This document shows positions 14,201 to 25,430 of a DNA stretch of 64,000 bases, in pieces. Position 1 is the first letter of the stretch; every line of letters starts with the position of its first letter. Under the pieces are notes generated by a model. It saw only the letters and a program-made list of their open reading frames with translations, was not told the origin of the DNA and searched no databases. Made by a program: the position numbers and the translations under genes. This DNA comes from Takakia lepidozioides (taxonomy: Eukaryota > Plantae > Bryophyta), in contig CM060733.1 in NCBI GenBank assembly GCA_030704615.1, positions 56,792,001 to 56,856,000 on the forward strand. The letters are read 5' to 3'.

Positions 14201-15678
14201 TTCCAAACTAACCAGCAAGAGTTTAGCTCTACTCAAAGCCCCGATCTCCATCCGCCCTAAATTAACTATCATCCAAAGAGTTCTCAATCCTCAAATCCAA
14301 TACACCTTTCATGCGGCCCCCTTCTCTATACCGGATATCAAACTACTTGACAAAAATATTATCCAACTCACCAAACGCATCTGTGGTCTACCCACCAGCA
14401 CCCCAAACGCTCTCACCCAGCCCCACAGGACTGTTATGGGATTGGTTCTAGCCCCTTGATCATATCATATGCCCGCACCCTCGGCTCACAACTTATGGAG
14501 GCTCTTAATGACCCCGGCCGCCTAGGGCTAATCTTCCGAGGACTCATTAAACACCTAGCATGTAAATATAATGGCTTATATTCCCTCCCTACTCTCCACC
14601 CCCAATCCTGCCTCCACTCCCCCACCGCTCGTGCGCTATTTATCCTACACCAAATGAAAATCAGTATACAAACCAACCTCCATGGCTACCCCAACTCCAT
14701 ATCTCAACTTGAACGCGCCTGGCTTAGCAGTCCATTCTTTACACAATTTGAAACCAACCACCCCCATCAAAGAAAACTTATCCTTACATACTTCAAAGCG
14801 CGACACATTACTACCCTTACCCAGCTCATTACAGCCACTGGGAATCGGCTGTTAACCCCGTGTCAATTTACCCTGAAACACTCACGTGCTACTATCAAAA
14901 CTTGCAGATATTTGTTTCATCTTCACTCTTTATTCTGTCACCAGACAGCCGCCTGTACCCTCGAATGTGACCTACCATGCCTACTTTTTCCCCATAACAA
15001 GCAAGACCTCCTCCCAGAATTCAGAACAGGCCCAACTCCTTCTATACTCCAACAACTCAAATCCTCTCGCAACACTCAAGCGTGCCCTCCTCCTTGCACC
15101 CCCCCCCCCTCCTCTCCCCCCCCCAATACCGCTACTCCCCAGTATCAACTCCGTAGTCCCCCGCCCACCACCCCACCGCTTACCCCTTGCCTGACCAACC
15201 CTACCCACCCCGAGGCCTTCGTCATTGAGGCTATCCTCGGCATTAGGACCCAAACCTCCCTCGATGCATACGGCGCCACCTGTGTTGATATATACTACCT
15301 ATGTAAATGGGCGGGTTTCTCTGTCAAAGATAACACCTGGCAAATCGAAGAAGACCTCTTCGGTACCCATGACTGCGACCCTACCCACAACCGTAGTCTC
15401 CTTATCAAATTCCATACAAATAGCGAACACCAACTACTTAGCACGCACCCACCAACAACATGTCTCTCAATCACAACCAATTGATGCTAGGTACATTCAT
15501 AATTTGTCAACCTGTCGGTTCAGGTGCTGAGGCTTATGTGCTAGAATAGCGAGGTCATCGGCATATGCTGAGATTTCATTGGGGGAGGTTTGATAGTGGT
15601 AGCCTAAGTTACCTGGGGCAAACCATCGTAAGAGAGGTTCTAGAAAGATGATGAATAGGTAGGGGCTCAGCGTGTCCC
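11230..15678 (-). mobile_element. Non-LTR retrotransposon (Dualen/RandI-like order: RT, chromodomain, MTase-like, RNase H, zinc knuckle, RLE), degenerate, with an internal inversion
   Basis: RT GDTLSPYLF...YADDL at 15540-15678(-). RT thumb YTYLGI at 13995-14459(+, inverted). RNase H YTDGS..AELMAI..FTDSL at 12600-13000. CPLC..HLLSKC, RHNHAV, DILLV, IEFTYCHD, EKRQKY at 11589-12308. The 3' boundary is approximate. Confidence 0.88.
15215..15365 (+). other. Chromodomain-like segment within the LINE ORF
   Basis: FVIEAILGIR...YYLCKWAGFSVKDNTWQIEEDL fits the chromodomain consensus (Y/F)xVExIxxxR...YLVKWxG(Y/F)....TWEPExxL. Confidence 0.75.
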
Positions 15679-16714
15679 TGTCGCGCGGCTTTTACTCACC
15701 CATCCCTTCGCTATCCGAGGTGGAAACTCCAAGATAGAAGAGTTGGAATCTCTAAGCACTCAGCCCGCTCAGAACAATCAGTCATGACCTACAGCTAGTG
15801 TATCATGGGGGTGTTTCCTATTTGTACTCCTTCCCGCATTCATGTTAGCGAGTTACCTTACTATCTGCAATTAAGTATCAGTTTGCTTCAGAAATCTATC
15901 AAGTTCCATCCATTCATTCCACAGCTTCACTCAGGTCTCTCGACACAGTGTGAGTATGAAGTATGTATCAGATTAATATCAAGTATCAGGCTGAAGCCAT
16001 GGTGTCTCTATTCTGCTCTACATTACAACTCTACTTCTTGCATTCAGCAAGTATCAACAGATCGTTCTCCTCCTACTCCGTGCTCTCCCTCTTTCTGCTC
16101 AGAGATGCGCTCTCCGCTTCATTTCCAAGTAGTGATCCCCCCCCCCCCCCCCCCCCCCCGCAGTCCTTCAGCCGTCATCCCCCAGAAGTCCCCGTTCTTG
16201 ACTTTTTCCCCCTACAAGCTGTTCTAACCGCTTTCCTAACTAACCGTCATCCCTGTAGTACACGTTCCTTTTGCAGATGTCGTTCCCTCACAGTCGTTCC
16301 TGCCATTGATAACTGTTCCCCAGTTGTGCGAAGCTGTGACTAGCTGTGTGTAAGGCTGTGGCGGACTGTGACTGGCTGTGTCGGGCTGTGTAGGGTTGTG
16401 CGAAGTTTGTGGCAGCTGTGTCGAGCTGTGACGGCTGTGTCGGGCTGTGATTGGCTGTGACGACGGTGTCGGCTATGATTGGCTGTGACGGCTGTGTCTG
16501 GCTGTGGCGGCGTGTGTGGCGGCTGTGGCTGTGTCGGACTGTGACGGGCTGTGTCGGCTACTGTGACGGGCTGTGTTGGCTATGACGGGCTGTGTCGGCT
16601 GTGATTGGCTGTGACGACGGTGTCGGCTATGATTGTGACGGCTGTGTCGGCTGTGTCGGACTGTGACGGGCTGTGACGGGCTGTGACGGACTGTGTTGGC
16701 TGTGACGGGCTGTG

Positions 16715-16754
<40 letters not shown>

Positions 16755-16862
16755 GTGCGCTGCTGTCACCCCTAAGGCTCCTATTGGTCTCAGTCTGTGC
16801 AAAAATTAAGGGTACCCCACAGATCCCGTAAAAGTGTCTAAGTCCCAAGCAGCCTTCTAACA
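15679..16862 (-). repeat. Probable 3' LTR of Gypsy copy 1
   Basis: A polypurine tract GAGAGGGGGAGGGG-TAAA precedes TGTTAG on the - strand, and the segment ends in CA. Homologous to 47396-48399. Contains a CTGTG/CACAG minisatellite (16330-16715) and long G/C runs. Confidence 0.7.
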
Positions 16863-16901
16863 TTTACCCCTCCCCCTCTCAAAAAGTCGTGTCCTCACGG
16901 T

Positions 16902-19900
16902 TTACTGTTTGGGATTAGCAAACCTTTGTGAGCGAGCACCCTTTTGACGTTGAGAGTCTCGTGAAGGACTCTGTGTGCGAGCCCGAGGTCTGTCACTGGT
17001 TGACGGAGATGATTGAACACTACCTGGATATGTCAGGCCCTCTGGAGGCTGATATCGAGGTAATCTTTCAGGCATAGGAGACCCCCGTCGCTTCTTCTCT
17101 ACCATCTGAATTGCATAGTCCTCTGCCATGTCAAAAGAGTCCGCTGAAGAAACATTTGTATCAGAATCCTCATCGCCTCTCAGGTGTTTTAACGGCCGAA
17201 CTTTTTGTGGAATCCTCTGGGCCATACAATGTTGTCCCACCATGTCTGGAAGTTTAAACTGCAAAACTTGCTATAAGCGCTGATGGCAAAATTGGTGAAG
17301 ACCCTGAGCTCCTTGTCTGTCCAGGTGAGTGGGGTACCAATGACTTGTGAATTGTGCAAGTATTTCCATGCCTCATGTCCCTTAAAGAAAATATCGTCAG
17401 GGCCGAATTTCTTGTGTTGACAAATTGTTCCAGGCCACATGAAACCATGAACGAATCTGAGAATCCTTTTGCATCATAACTTTTGCCTCCTCATAGGTAC
17501 ATATGAGGTGACACTGAAGGTAAGACCCAATGATCCCCACTGGAATAACTCAGAAAGCGCGATTGCATCTTCTGCTGCTCAATGTGATAACGTGTCAGAA
17601 AACAAGCAGCGTAGTATAACCCGCAGCCCATTACAATACTTGCTACCTCCTTGGTCTTGGTATAAATGAATCCATGTACAACTTGGAAGGCAATTAATTC
17701 CTTCAACATGGTACTCGCCTCATGCCAGTACTGCGCAAAGTGATGATCCTCAATTGGTCGATTGTTCGGAAGAACTTTAGTCCTAGTTGCCACTGGCAGC
17801 CAAATGCGCATGATTTGATAGTAATGTGCCAACGACTGCGGAGGACTAAATTCCTTCCAAGCCAAATCCAACACAATGGGAATTTGGTTGAAGGGCATAA
17901 TCATAGCCCGACTGTACTCCCGTGCAGCAGGAGTTTTAGGTGGGTTAAAAGCAGCATTCCCCCATACCTCAGGCTGTGGTGGCTGTGGTGTGGCTGTAGT
18001 AACAACATGGTCAGCTACTGCCACAGTGACTTGTTGTGGTGTTGGTGGCACTGGCTCTTGTACCATTGGCATCTCCTCCACCCCCTGCGAAAAGACTGAA
18101 AAGCCAAAGTTCTGGCTTGTAAATAAGAAGCCATCAGTTGCTCCTCAGGTATAAAGACTCTCTTGTCAATATTTGATGTCAGGTCCTCTACCTGAATCTG
18201 CAGACTGTCTACATCCTCTTGTAGCTCCGCTATCCTACTATAGACATTGTCTATAATAGTTGTGGCAATGTTCTGCACTTGCAGTCTGAGCTCATTCATC
18301 TCGCTTTGGGTGAGCTTTCGTGGTGCTTTGCCCTCCACCGGCCCTTGTGCTAACCAGACCTGCATAAGGTGGTTATCCACCAAGTTGCTTGTGGCACCCT
18401 TGAGAGTTTGCTCCTCTGTGAGCCTGTACACATCTATCTGCTGCTGTAAAACCTCCATGCGCTTCGCATGAGGTTCAACCAAATTCGCATATGCAGCAGC
18501 CAGATTATTGGCTTTCTTCCAAGCCTTGTTAGCCACAGAGAGTTCATTTTTATTGGACATGAGCGTTTGTTGCAATTCCAGGATGTACCTCTCTTGGTCA
18601 GCTTCAACCTACCTGTATTGCTTGAAGGTATTCTCATTGCGACAGATTGTATTCTTCATATCGACAATGAGTTTCGCTTGCTCGACATTGTTTGCCTCTG
18701 CCTTTGTACATCTTTCCACTTGACTGTTAACTTCTAATGTAGTGCTCAAGCGTAGTTGTGAGTGTAGCACATTGTATGGCCATCCTGTCACGTACTGTCT
18801 GCAACTCCGTATGTAGTGCATTCACTTCTTGCAACTTGCTTTCATGCTTTACCTGCATTTGGTATAGCTGTTGCTTATGTGCTTCGTGCAACTGGTCTTG
18901 CGCGAGGCCTGCCTTAATCAATTGTTCCTTGGCCAATTGCAAAGCAGCTTTTGTACTCTCTAAGTCTTGTTGTATCTTGAGAGTGACCTCCTCATCGACC
19001 TTGTTTGCACACTTAGTGGCAAGTCGAGCCTCAAACTCCTTCCTGAGTTCCTCCCTCAAAGCTGCCAATTGGGTAGTTGAAACATGGGATTTGACATAAG
19101 TGCCCAACAAATTAAGTGTCCTACTTATGGAACTCATAAGCATGGCCTGTTGAGGGTCATCATGGTGAGCTTGCTGCTGTTCTCCCTAATCCTCAACAGT
19201 GTGATGCCTCACGAACCATTCAGTCCATTGCCCCACCAGATTTTCTTCTTGAACCACTTCATCCGTCACAGGTGCTGCAGTGTTTTGACATTCTACTTGT
19301 GGTACCTCCGTCACAGGTGTGTGTATTATATGCACAGCAGGGTTTCCCCTGGACAACCGCTGCACCTCTGCAATCATTGTTTCCCTGACCAAACCAGAAT
19401 TTTCATAGAGAAGGTCCCCTTTCTCAATTTCTGCCACCACCTGTTCTGTAGTGGGGATATCTAACCCTTCTTTCTCCAAATCAATTATTTGTGGTGGAAC
19501 TGCATGGACAACTTGTGGTAACTCTGTGACAAGCCGATCTGGCTATGATGGCTGTGATACTGAAGTAACTTCCTCTTCCCTCTCTGAAGGCCCTGCTTCC
19601 AATAATAGCAGCTCTCTGTGCTGTTGTGCCCCTTCCTGCACAAGAGCTTGGGAAACATTATCATGCGGTTTCCGTGAAGCTAGTGGATCCGCCACTACAG
19701 TCTTTCCCCGCCTCTGTCTCTTAGACTGGGGTTGCCCTGCCAGTCCACCCTCACTGTGTGAAGAGCCTTGCTCTTCCATTGCAGTGGTTTCGGTCTCAAA
19801 CACTCCCATCTCGAGCATCAAGTATGCAAGAATCAAGAATTATTTGAGCAATGATTGGGCCAGACACTATGATAGGAGACTTTGCGGCAGTGCCCTGTAA

Positions 19901-20390
19901 TCTTTTCATCTCCTCTACCAGTGCGTTGTACATTATGTCCGCCCATGCTACCTCTTCTCCTCTCAGGGCTTTGAGTATTTCCTCTGTGAAGGATCTACTC
20001 AAATACTGTTGGTTATGTTTCATGGCAAACAGAACGTTCAATACCTGGCCTACCTCCCTTAGCCCTGGGTACACGGCCTTGGTACAAGCATAACCCTGAG
20101 TTTTAAAGAAACTCCCTTCTTGGAATAAGTCCCATATTTGCAGTCTTGCCCTGTGCTCCTCCACATGCACCTGACCTGATGGCAATTCAAACAATTGCTG
20201 TAGGTATAGGGAGTAATTTCTAATTCAACTCCCTTCACCGTTGTTGCTCCTGTCCTAGGCTCAAAGTTCTGCAAGAATTGTAACATGTACTGCCTATGGT
20301 GCAATGTCCAATCTTTGCTTTGCAATCCTTCTAATCGCAGCTCCTTCAGTAACTGTACCGCCTGTGGAGTAGCAATCGTTTGTTTCCTGC
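16902..20390 (-). pseudogene. Extra ORF downstream of Gypsy pol (plant transposon-protein-like N-terminus plus long coiled coil), frameshifted
   Basis: Consecutive overlapping - strand ORFs: QFLQNF..TVKGVELEIT..FELP..GEEVAWADIMYNALVEEMKRL, then heptad-rich segments (18015-19143), then a W-rich C-terminal region. Same sense as pol. Confidence 0.7.
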
Positions 20391-23300
20391 AGGATTGTGG
20401 TGCTCTTCACCCTGATTTCTTCCATTCCTCTCACTCTCTTCATTCTAGACCCACAGAAAGGTTTTTGGCTGTAACAATTGAAGAAATGCCTGCAGGGCAC
20501 AAACATAAACGTATGGTTGCCACAAAATGCTATGGGTAATTTCTTGTAAGCCTGCGGGGCTTGCAAGCATCGATTAAGAGAAAAGATACTCTCAGTTCTT
20601 CTATCCCCGTGCCACTCCGTAAGTAGTATCGCAAGCGTATAGTCTGTTAGTTCCTCCATAGCTTCAAAGCTATAGCATTGATGGTCTGTCCCGTCGTGAC
20701 GCCCGTTACTTGGAACGACGCCGACTCTTGCGCTTAAAATTCCTCAATTTTCTTGATTCTGCTTCTGGCTTTTGATTGGCTGTAACTGCTGTGACTGGAT
20801 TTTAGATTTAATTTCCTTCCATGGATTTTCCACTCTGGACTGTCCACTAGGATAGCACATGTGACATGGATTTCGCTTTTCGGTACTTTTTAAGGGTTCC
20901 TTTACCCTTTCCCCGTATGCATTAATGGGCCCATAATAAGTTAATGTGCCGGGTAGATACTTTGACGGCCAATTTTGTCTTTTTCCTTGATGACAGTCGC
21001 CCTTGCAATCCATGTTCGGCTGTGTGTCTCGCCCTGGCGTCCACGTGTCCATTTCTACACGTGCCTTTGTCCACTTTTCCGCTGGCCACTCTCTGGATGT
21101 TAACCCACGTCCACCTGTCACTGATCATATGGATTGTGTAACCCTAGTAGGCTGTGTTGTGCTGTGACAGGCTGTGTCATACTGTGGTACGCTGTGATAG
21201 GCTGTGTGGCATTGTGGTAAGTTGTGATAGGCTGTGACACGCTGTGATGGGCTGTGATAGGCTGTGTCACGCTGTGATGGGCTGTGATAGGCTGTGTCGC
21301 GTCGTGCTGGGCTGTGATAGGCTGTGTCGCACTTGTACTACCCGCCCTGGTCATATACGCTCGGCCTAGCGACAAGTACTCCATACTCTGTTGGTATCAC
21401 TGGCGCAGCCCGTGACTGCTTTTGTGTTTCAACATGCAAATCATGCTGCAATGGTTTGTCATGGATACCACTGTACCCCTTCAACTTATTGGCATTGACT
21501 CTTCCCAGCATCTCTTTGTTAATGGTTTGTAACATGACGGTGTTGTTATCATACATCTTCTGTATGACATAAGGTCATTTCCATGGTGATTTAAGCTTAG
21601 AAGCTTTAATCTTTCCCTTCTTCTTCAACCAGAGAACCAAATCTCCCGTCTTAAAAGTCTTTATCTTGCCTTCATCAAACTGTTCCTTTCTCTTCATCTG
21701 AATTCTGGTCATGTTATCAGCTGCATCAGCACGTACTTCTTCCACATGGTATAATTCATGTTTCCTGACCTTAATTGAATCTTGCAATTCCATTCTCTTT
21801 CCCCATTCCGTTCTCATGGTAGGTAATAGGAATTCCACTGGAAGTAAAGCTTCCATACCATAAACTAATTGGAATGGTGTATACTTAGTGGTGACTTTAT
21901 ATGAAGTCCTGCATGACCACAAAGCTGTCAGCAGCTTTGTATCCCAATCCGTTCTGTTTGCATTGACTATCTTAGCCAAGATAGTACATAGTATTTTGTT
22001 GGTAGCCTCTGCCTGCCCATTGCCCTGTGGGTAATATGTTGTACTTTTCCTATGCACAAATAATTCAATGGTCTCATTAATGAAGTGACTTCCCTGATCA
22101 CTGATAAATTCCAAGGGACAGCCAAATCGTGTAAGTATGTTTCTCATACAGGAACCTTGCTGTGGACTTGGCTGTGTTGTCCCTCAAAGCTTTAGCTTCC
22201 ACCACCCACTTCGTAGTATAATCAGTGGCTGTAATTATGTACCTGTTCTGTGTATTCTTGGCTGGTGGGTTAATTGGTCCAACAAAGTCTAGTCCCATTT
22301 CTGAAATGGTTCCGTAGGCATGGTAGGATGCAAAGCCATCTTCCCAGATCTCTACAAAGGTCCTAGCCTCTGACATTCATCACAACTCTGACAATACTTG
22401 TGTACATCTTTGAACAAAGTAGGCCACCAGTAACCTGCATGTAGTATCTTCCTACTGGTAGTCTCTTCTCCAAATGACCTCCTGCCACTCCTTTATGAAC
22501 TTTCCTCCAAAACTTTATTTACTTCATGGTGGTATAAGCAATCGCTTCAGCACTCCATCTGGTCCTAGCTTATACATTCTGCTCCCTACCATAGTGAAGG
22601 TAGAGCCTTTATAGCAATTCTCTTTCTCTGCTCCTTTCCATAACTTGGTGGGCACTGACCATGAGCAGGTAGTATCTGATTGGCCACTGGCCAATCTAAC
22701 CAGTCATCTGCACTTCCCTGCACCTCCACTGCAATAGACTCGCATCTGATAATGATCATCTACTCCCGTGCTGGTTCTCCTGTTGATAACCGTGACAAGT
22801 GATCCGCCACAGATGCAGCCTCCCAGGCTTGTAAAAACCTCGAACTCAAACTCGTGCAAGTTATCAACCCCATCTTGCTATTCTTTTCTTCCGCTTATAC
22901 GAGGTTTGTTTCTCCCAGGTATAATCAGAGCCTCTGATCCACATAAGAACATAACTTCTTGCCCAAGGTAATTGCCTGAATTTCTTCACATGCATAGATC
23001 ATTGCCAATGCTTCTCTTTCCGTTGTGCTATAATTTCTTTCGGCATTGTTCATCAATCGGCTAGCATAGTACACAGTGAATCTATCCTTCCTGTAACATT
23101 TTGGGCTAACACTGCTCCTAGTGCTTCTCCAGAAGCATCACAGTGAACATGAAATATTTCCTGCCAGTGAGGATTAATCAGCATAGGTGTAGTTGTTACT
23201 GACAATGTAAGTTCCTCAAAAGCTGTTGACATTCAGGTGTCCATGCAAACACTGCATCTTTCTTCAGAAGTTTGCTCAATGGTGCTGCTATCTGTGCATA

Positions 23301-24542
23301 CCGTCTGACAAATCTTCTGTAATAACTGGTTTGCCCAAGGAATCTCCTTAGACTCTTAACATTCACTGGTGTGGAGAGGCTTTAATGGCCTCTGTTTTCC
23401 TGGGATCCACAAGAAGTCCCCTCTTACACACAATGTGTCCCAGAAGCACTCCTGAGTTCACACAGAAAGTACACTTCTCTGGATTCAGGCCCAGACCTCT
23501 CATCCTGCATCTGGCCAGACATAACTCCCAATTTTGCAAGTGCTCTTCTTAGAGCTGTACAACTGAATCATCCAAGAACACATGCATGAAATCATCCAGA
23601 TACTCATGGAAAGATTCACTTATCACTCTCTGAAAGGTTGCTGGTGCATTACAAAGTCCAAAGGGCATGACTTTGTATGCATAAGCACCCCAGTCTGTGA
23701 TGAAAGTTGTCTTTTCCTTGGTCTTCTTCTGCCACTTGCACTTGATTATAACCATTAAGCCATCCATGAATGAGTACATCTCATGGCCTGCCACAGTGTC
23801 CAATACTGCTTCTGTGAATGGCAAAGGAAAGGATCTTTCTTCGTACAAGCATTCAGCTTTGTAGTTCACACAAACTCTTAGTTTACCATTCTTCTTGGGA
23901 ACTATCACAATGGGTGACAACCAAGTATAACTCTATTGGGTATAAACTTAGCCTCAGACAACTTCTTGATCTCTTCTCCAACTTGGGATAGTTGGGATTC
24001 ATTTTGTACCTTACCTGCTGATGGTACTGATCTGGTTCCAGTCAATCTTATGCTGACAGATCTCAGGTGGTATCCCTTTGAGATCCTCGTAGCTCCAAGC
24101 AAAACATCTCTGTATTTGATGAACAAACTCATAGCTTCTTCAAAGAATTCTGGCTCCAAATCAGCTCCTACTTTCACCATCTTGGTTCCTCTGTAGTTCC
24201 CACATTCACTTCCCTCACCTGCTCATCAGCTGTGATTGTCCAACCAGTCACCACTTCATCCTGTAAACTCCCAGTGGCTGGTTCCTCTAGGATTTCATTT
24301 TCCTCTCTTTCTTCATAGAAATGTGATGGTAACTGTTGGTTTCCTCTTCAATTGGTGTTGCTGACACTACACACAGAGATACCTCTTAAACAACTTAGGC
24401 CTTAGAGCCGCATCTCTGCAACCTGCTCCCACTATGGGTGTGAGCGAACAGGGTAGCTTCCTGCTCCTCATCCAGTCCTCCTCTCCAGTCATTACTCTCT
24501 GACCCCTCGAGGTCTTCTCGTAGCAGGTATCTACTAGATTTC

Positions 24543-25042
24543 NNNNNNNNNNNNNNNNNNNNNNNNNNNNNNNNNNNNNNNNNNNNNNNNNNNNNNNNNN
24601 NNNNNNNNNNNNNNNNNNNNNNNNNNNNNNNNNNNNNNNNNNNNNNNNNNNNNNNNNNNNNNNNNNNNNNNNNNNNNNNNNNNNNNNNNNNNNNNNNNNN
24701 NNNNNNNNNNNNNNNNNNNNNNNNNNNNNNNNNNNNNNNNNNNNNNNNNNNNNNNNNNNNNNNNNNNNNNNNNNNNNNNNNNNNNNNNNNNNNNNNNNNN
24801 NNNNNNNNNNNNNNNNNNNNNNNNNNNNNNNNNNNNNNNNNNNNNNNNNNNNNNNNNNNNNNNNNNNNNNNNNNNNNNNNNNNNNNNNNNNNNNNNNNNN
24901 NNNNNNNNNNNNNNNNNNNNNNNNNNNNNNNNNNNNNNNNNNNNNNNNNNNNNNNNNNNNNNNNNNNNNNNNNNNNNNNNNNNNNNNNNNNNNNNNNNNN
25001 NNNNNNNNNNNNNNNNNNNNNNNNNNNNNNNNNNNNNNNNNN
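24543..25042. other. Assembly gap (500 N)
   Basis: Run of N. Confidence 1.
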
Positions 25043-25430
25043 AAAAGGTTTGCAACTGAACTGGGAATAGGGTGCCGCATTAGGAGTTCGCACGTGCGAA
25101 ATTTCGGAGCGGTTTGGTGTTGGCGAAGGCCGCCTCTGGGGGTACCTACGACGATACTTGGAAATTCGGCGCGCATTTTTCCTTGTCGGAGGTCGAATGA
25201 GGAGAGCAAGTTTTCGGAAAGCAGAAAAACATGAACCCCTCCAACATACAAAAATACATGCACGTGGAAACAAGTGAACGATATAGTAATATCTTAGTTC
25301 GAGCAAAACAGGTTACTGGTAGGCAAGACATATGTCGGACCTTTGTGTGCCCAGAGTCTGAGGTACTGGCAGCAGTACAGTTCTACATCCGAATGTGGGC
25401 GTACCATTGTATGTGGACCGCAAGCCAAGC

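Larger units (their letters stand above)
15679..24542 (-). mobile_element. Ty3/Gypsy LTR retrotransposon, copy 1 (pol, extra ORF, 3' LTR); 5' part lost in the gap
   Basis: RT (YSFMDG, MPFGLCNAPATFQR, FLDD), RNase H and integrase ([29 protein letters not shown]) at 21375-24542. It ends ...GCCGCGCGACA at 15679, inserted in the LINE RT motif. Many 1-bp frameshifts. Confidence 0.93.

Noticed and set aside
24367-25306. Long ORFs spanning the N run
   Set aside because: Artefact of the assembly gap.
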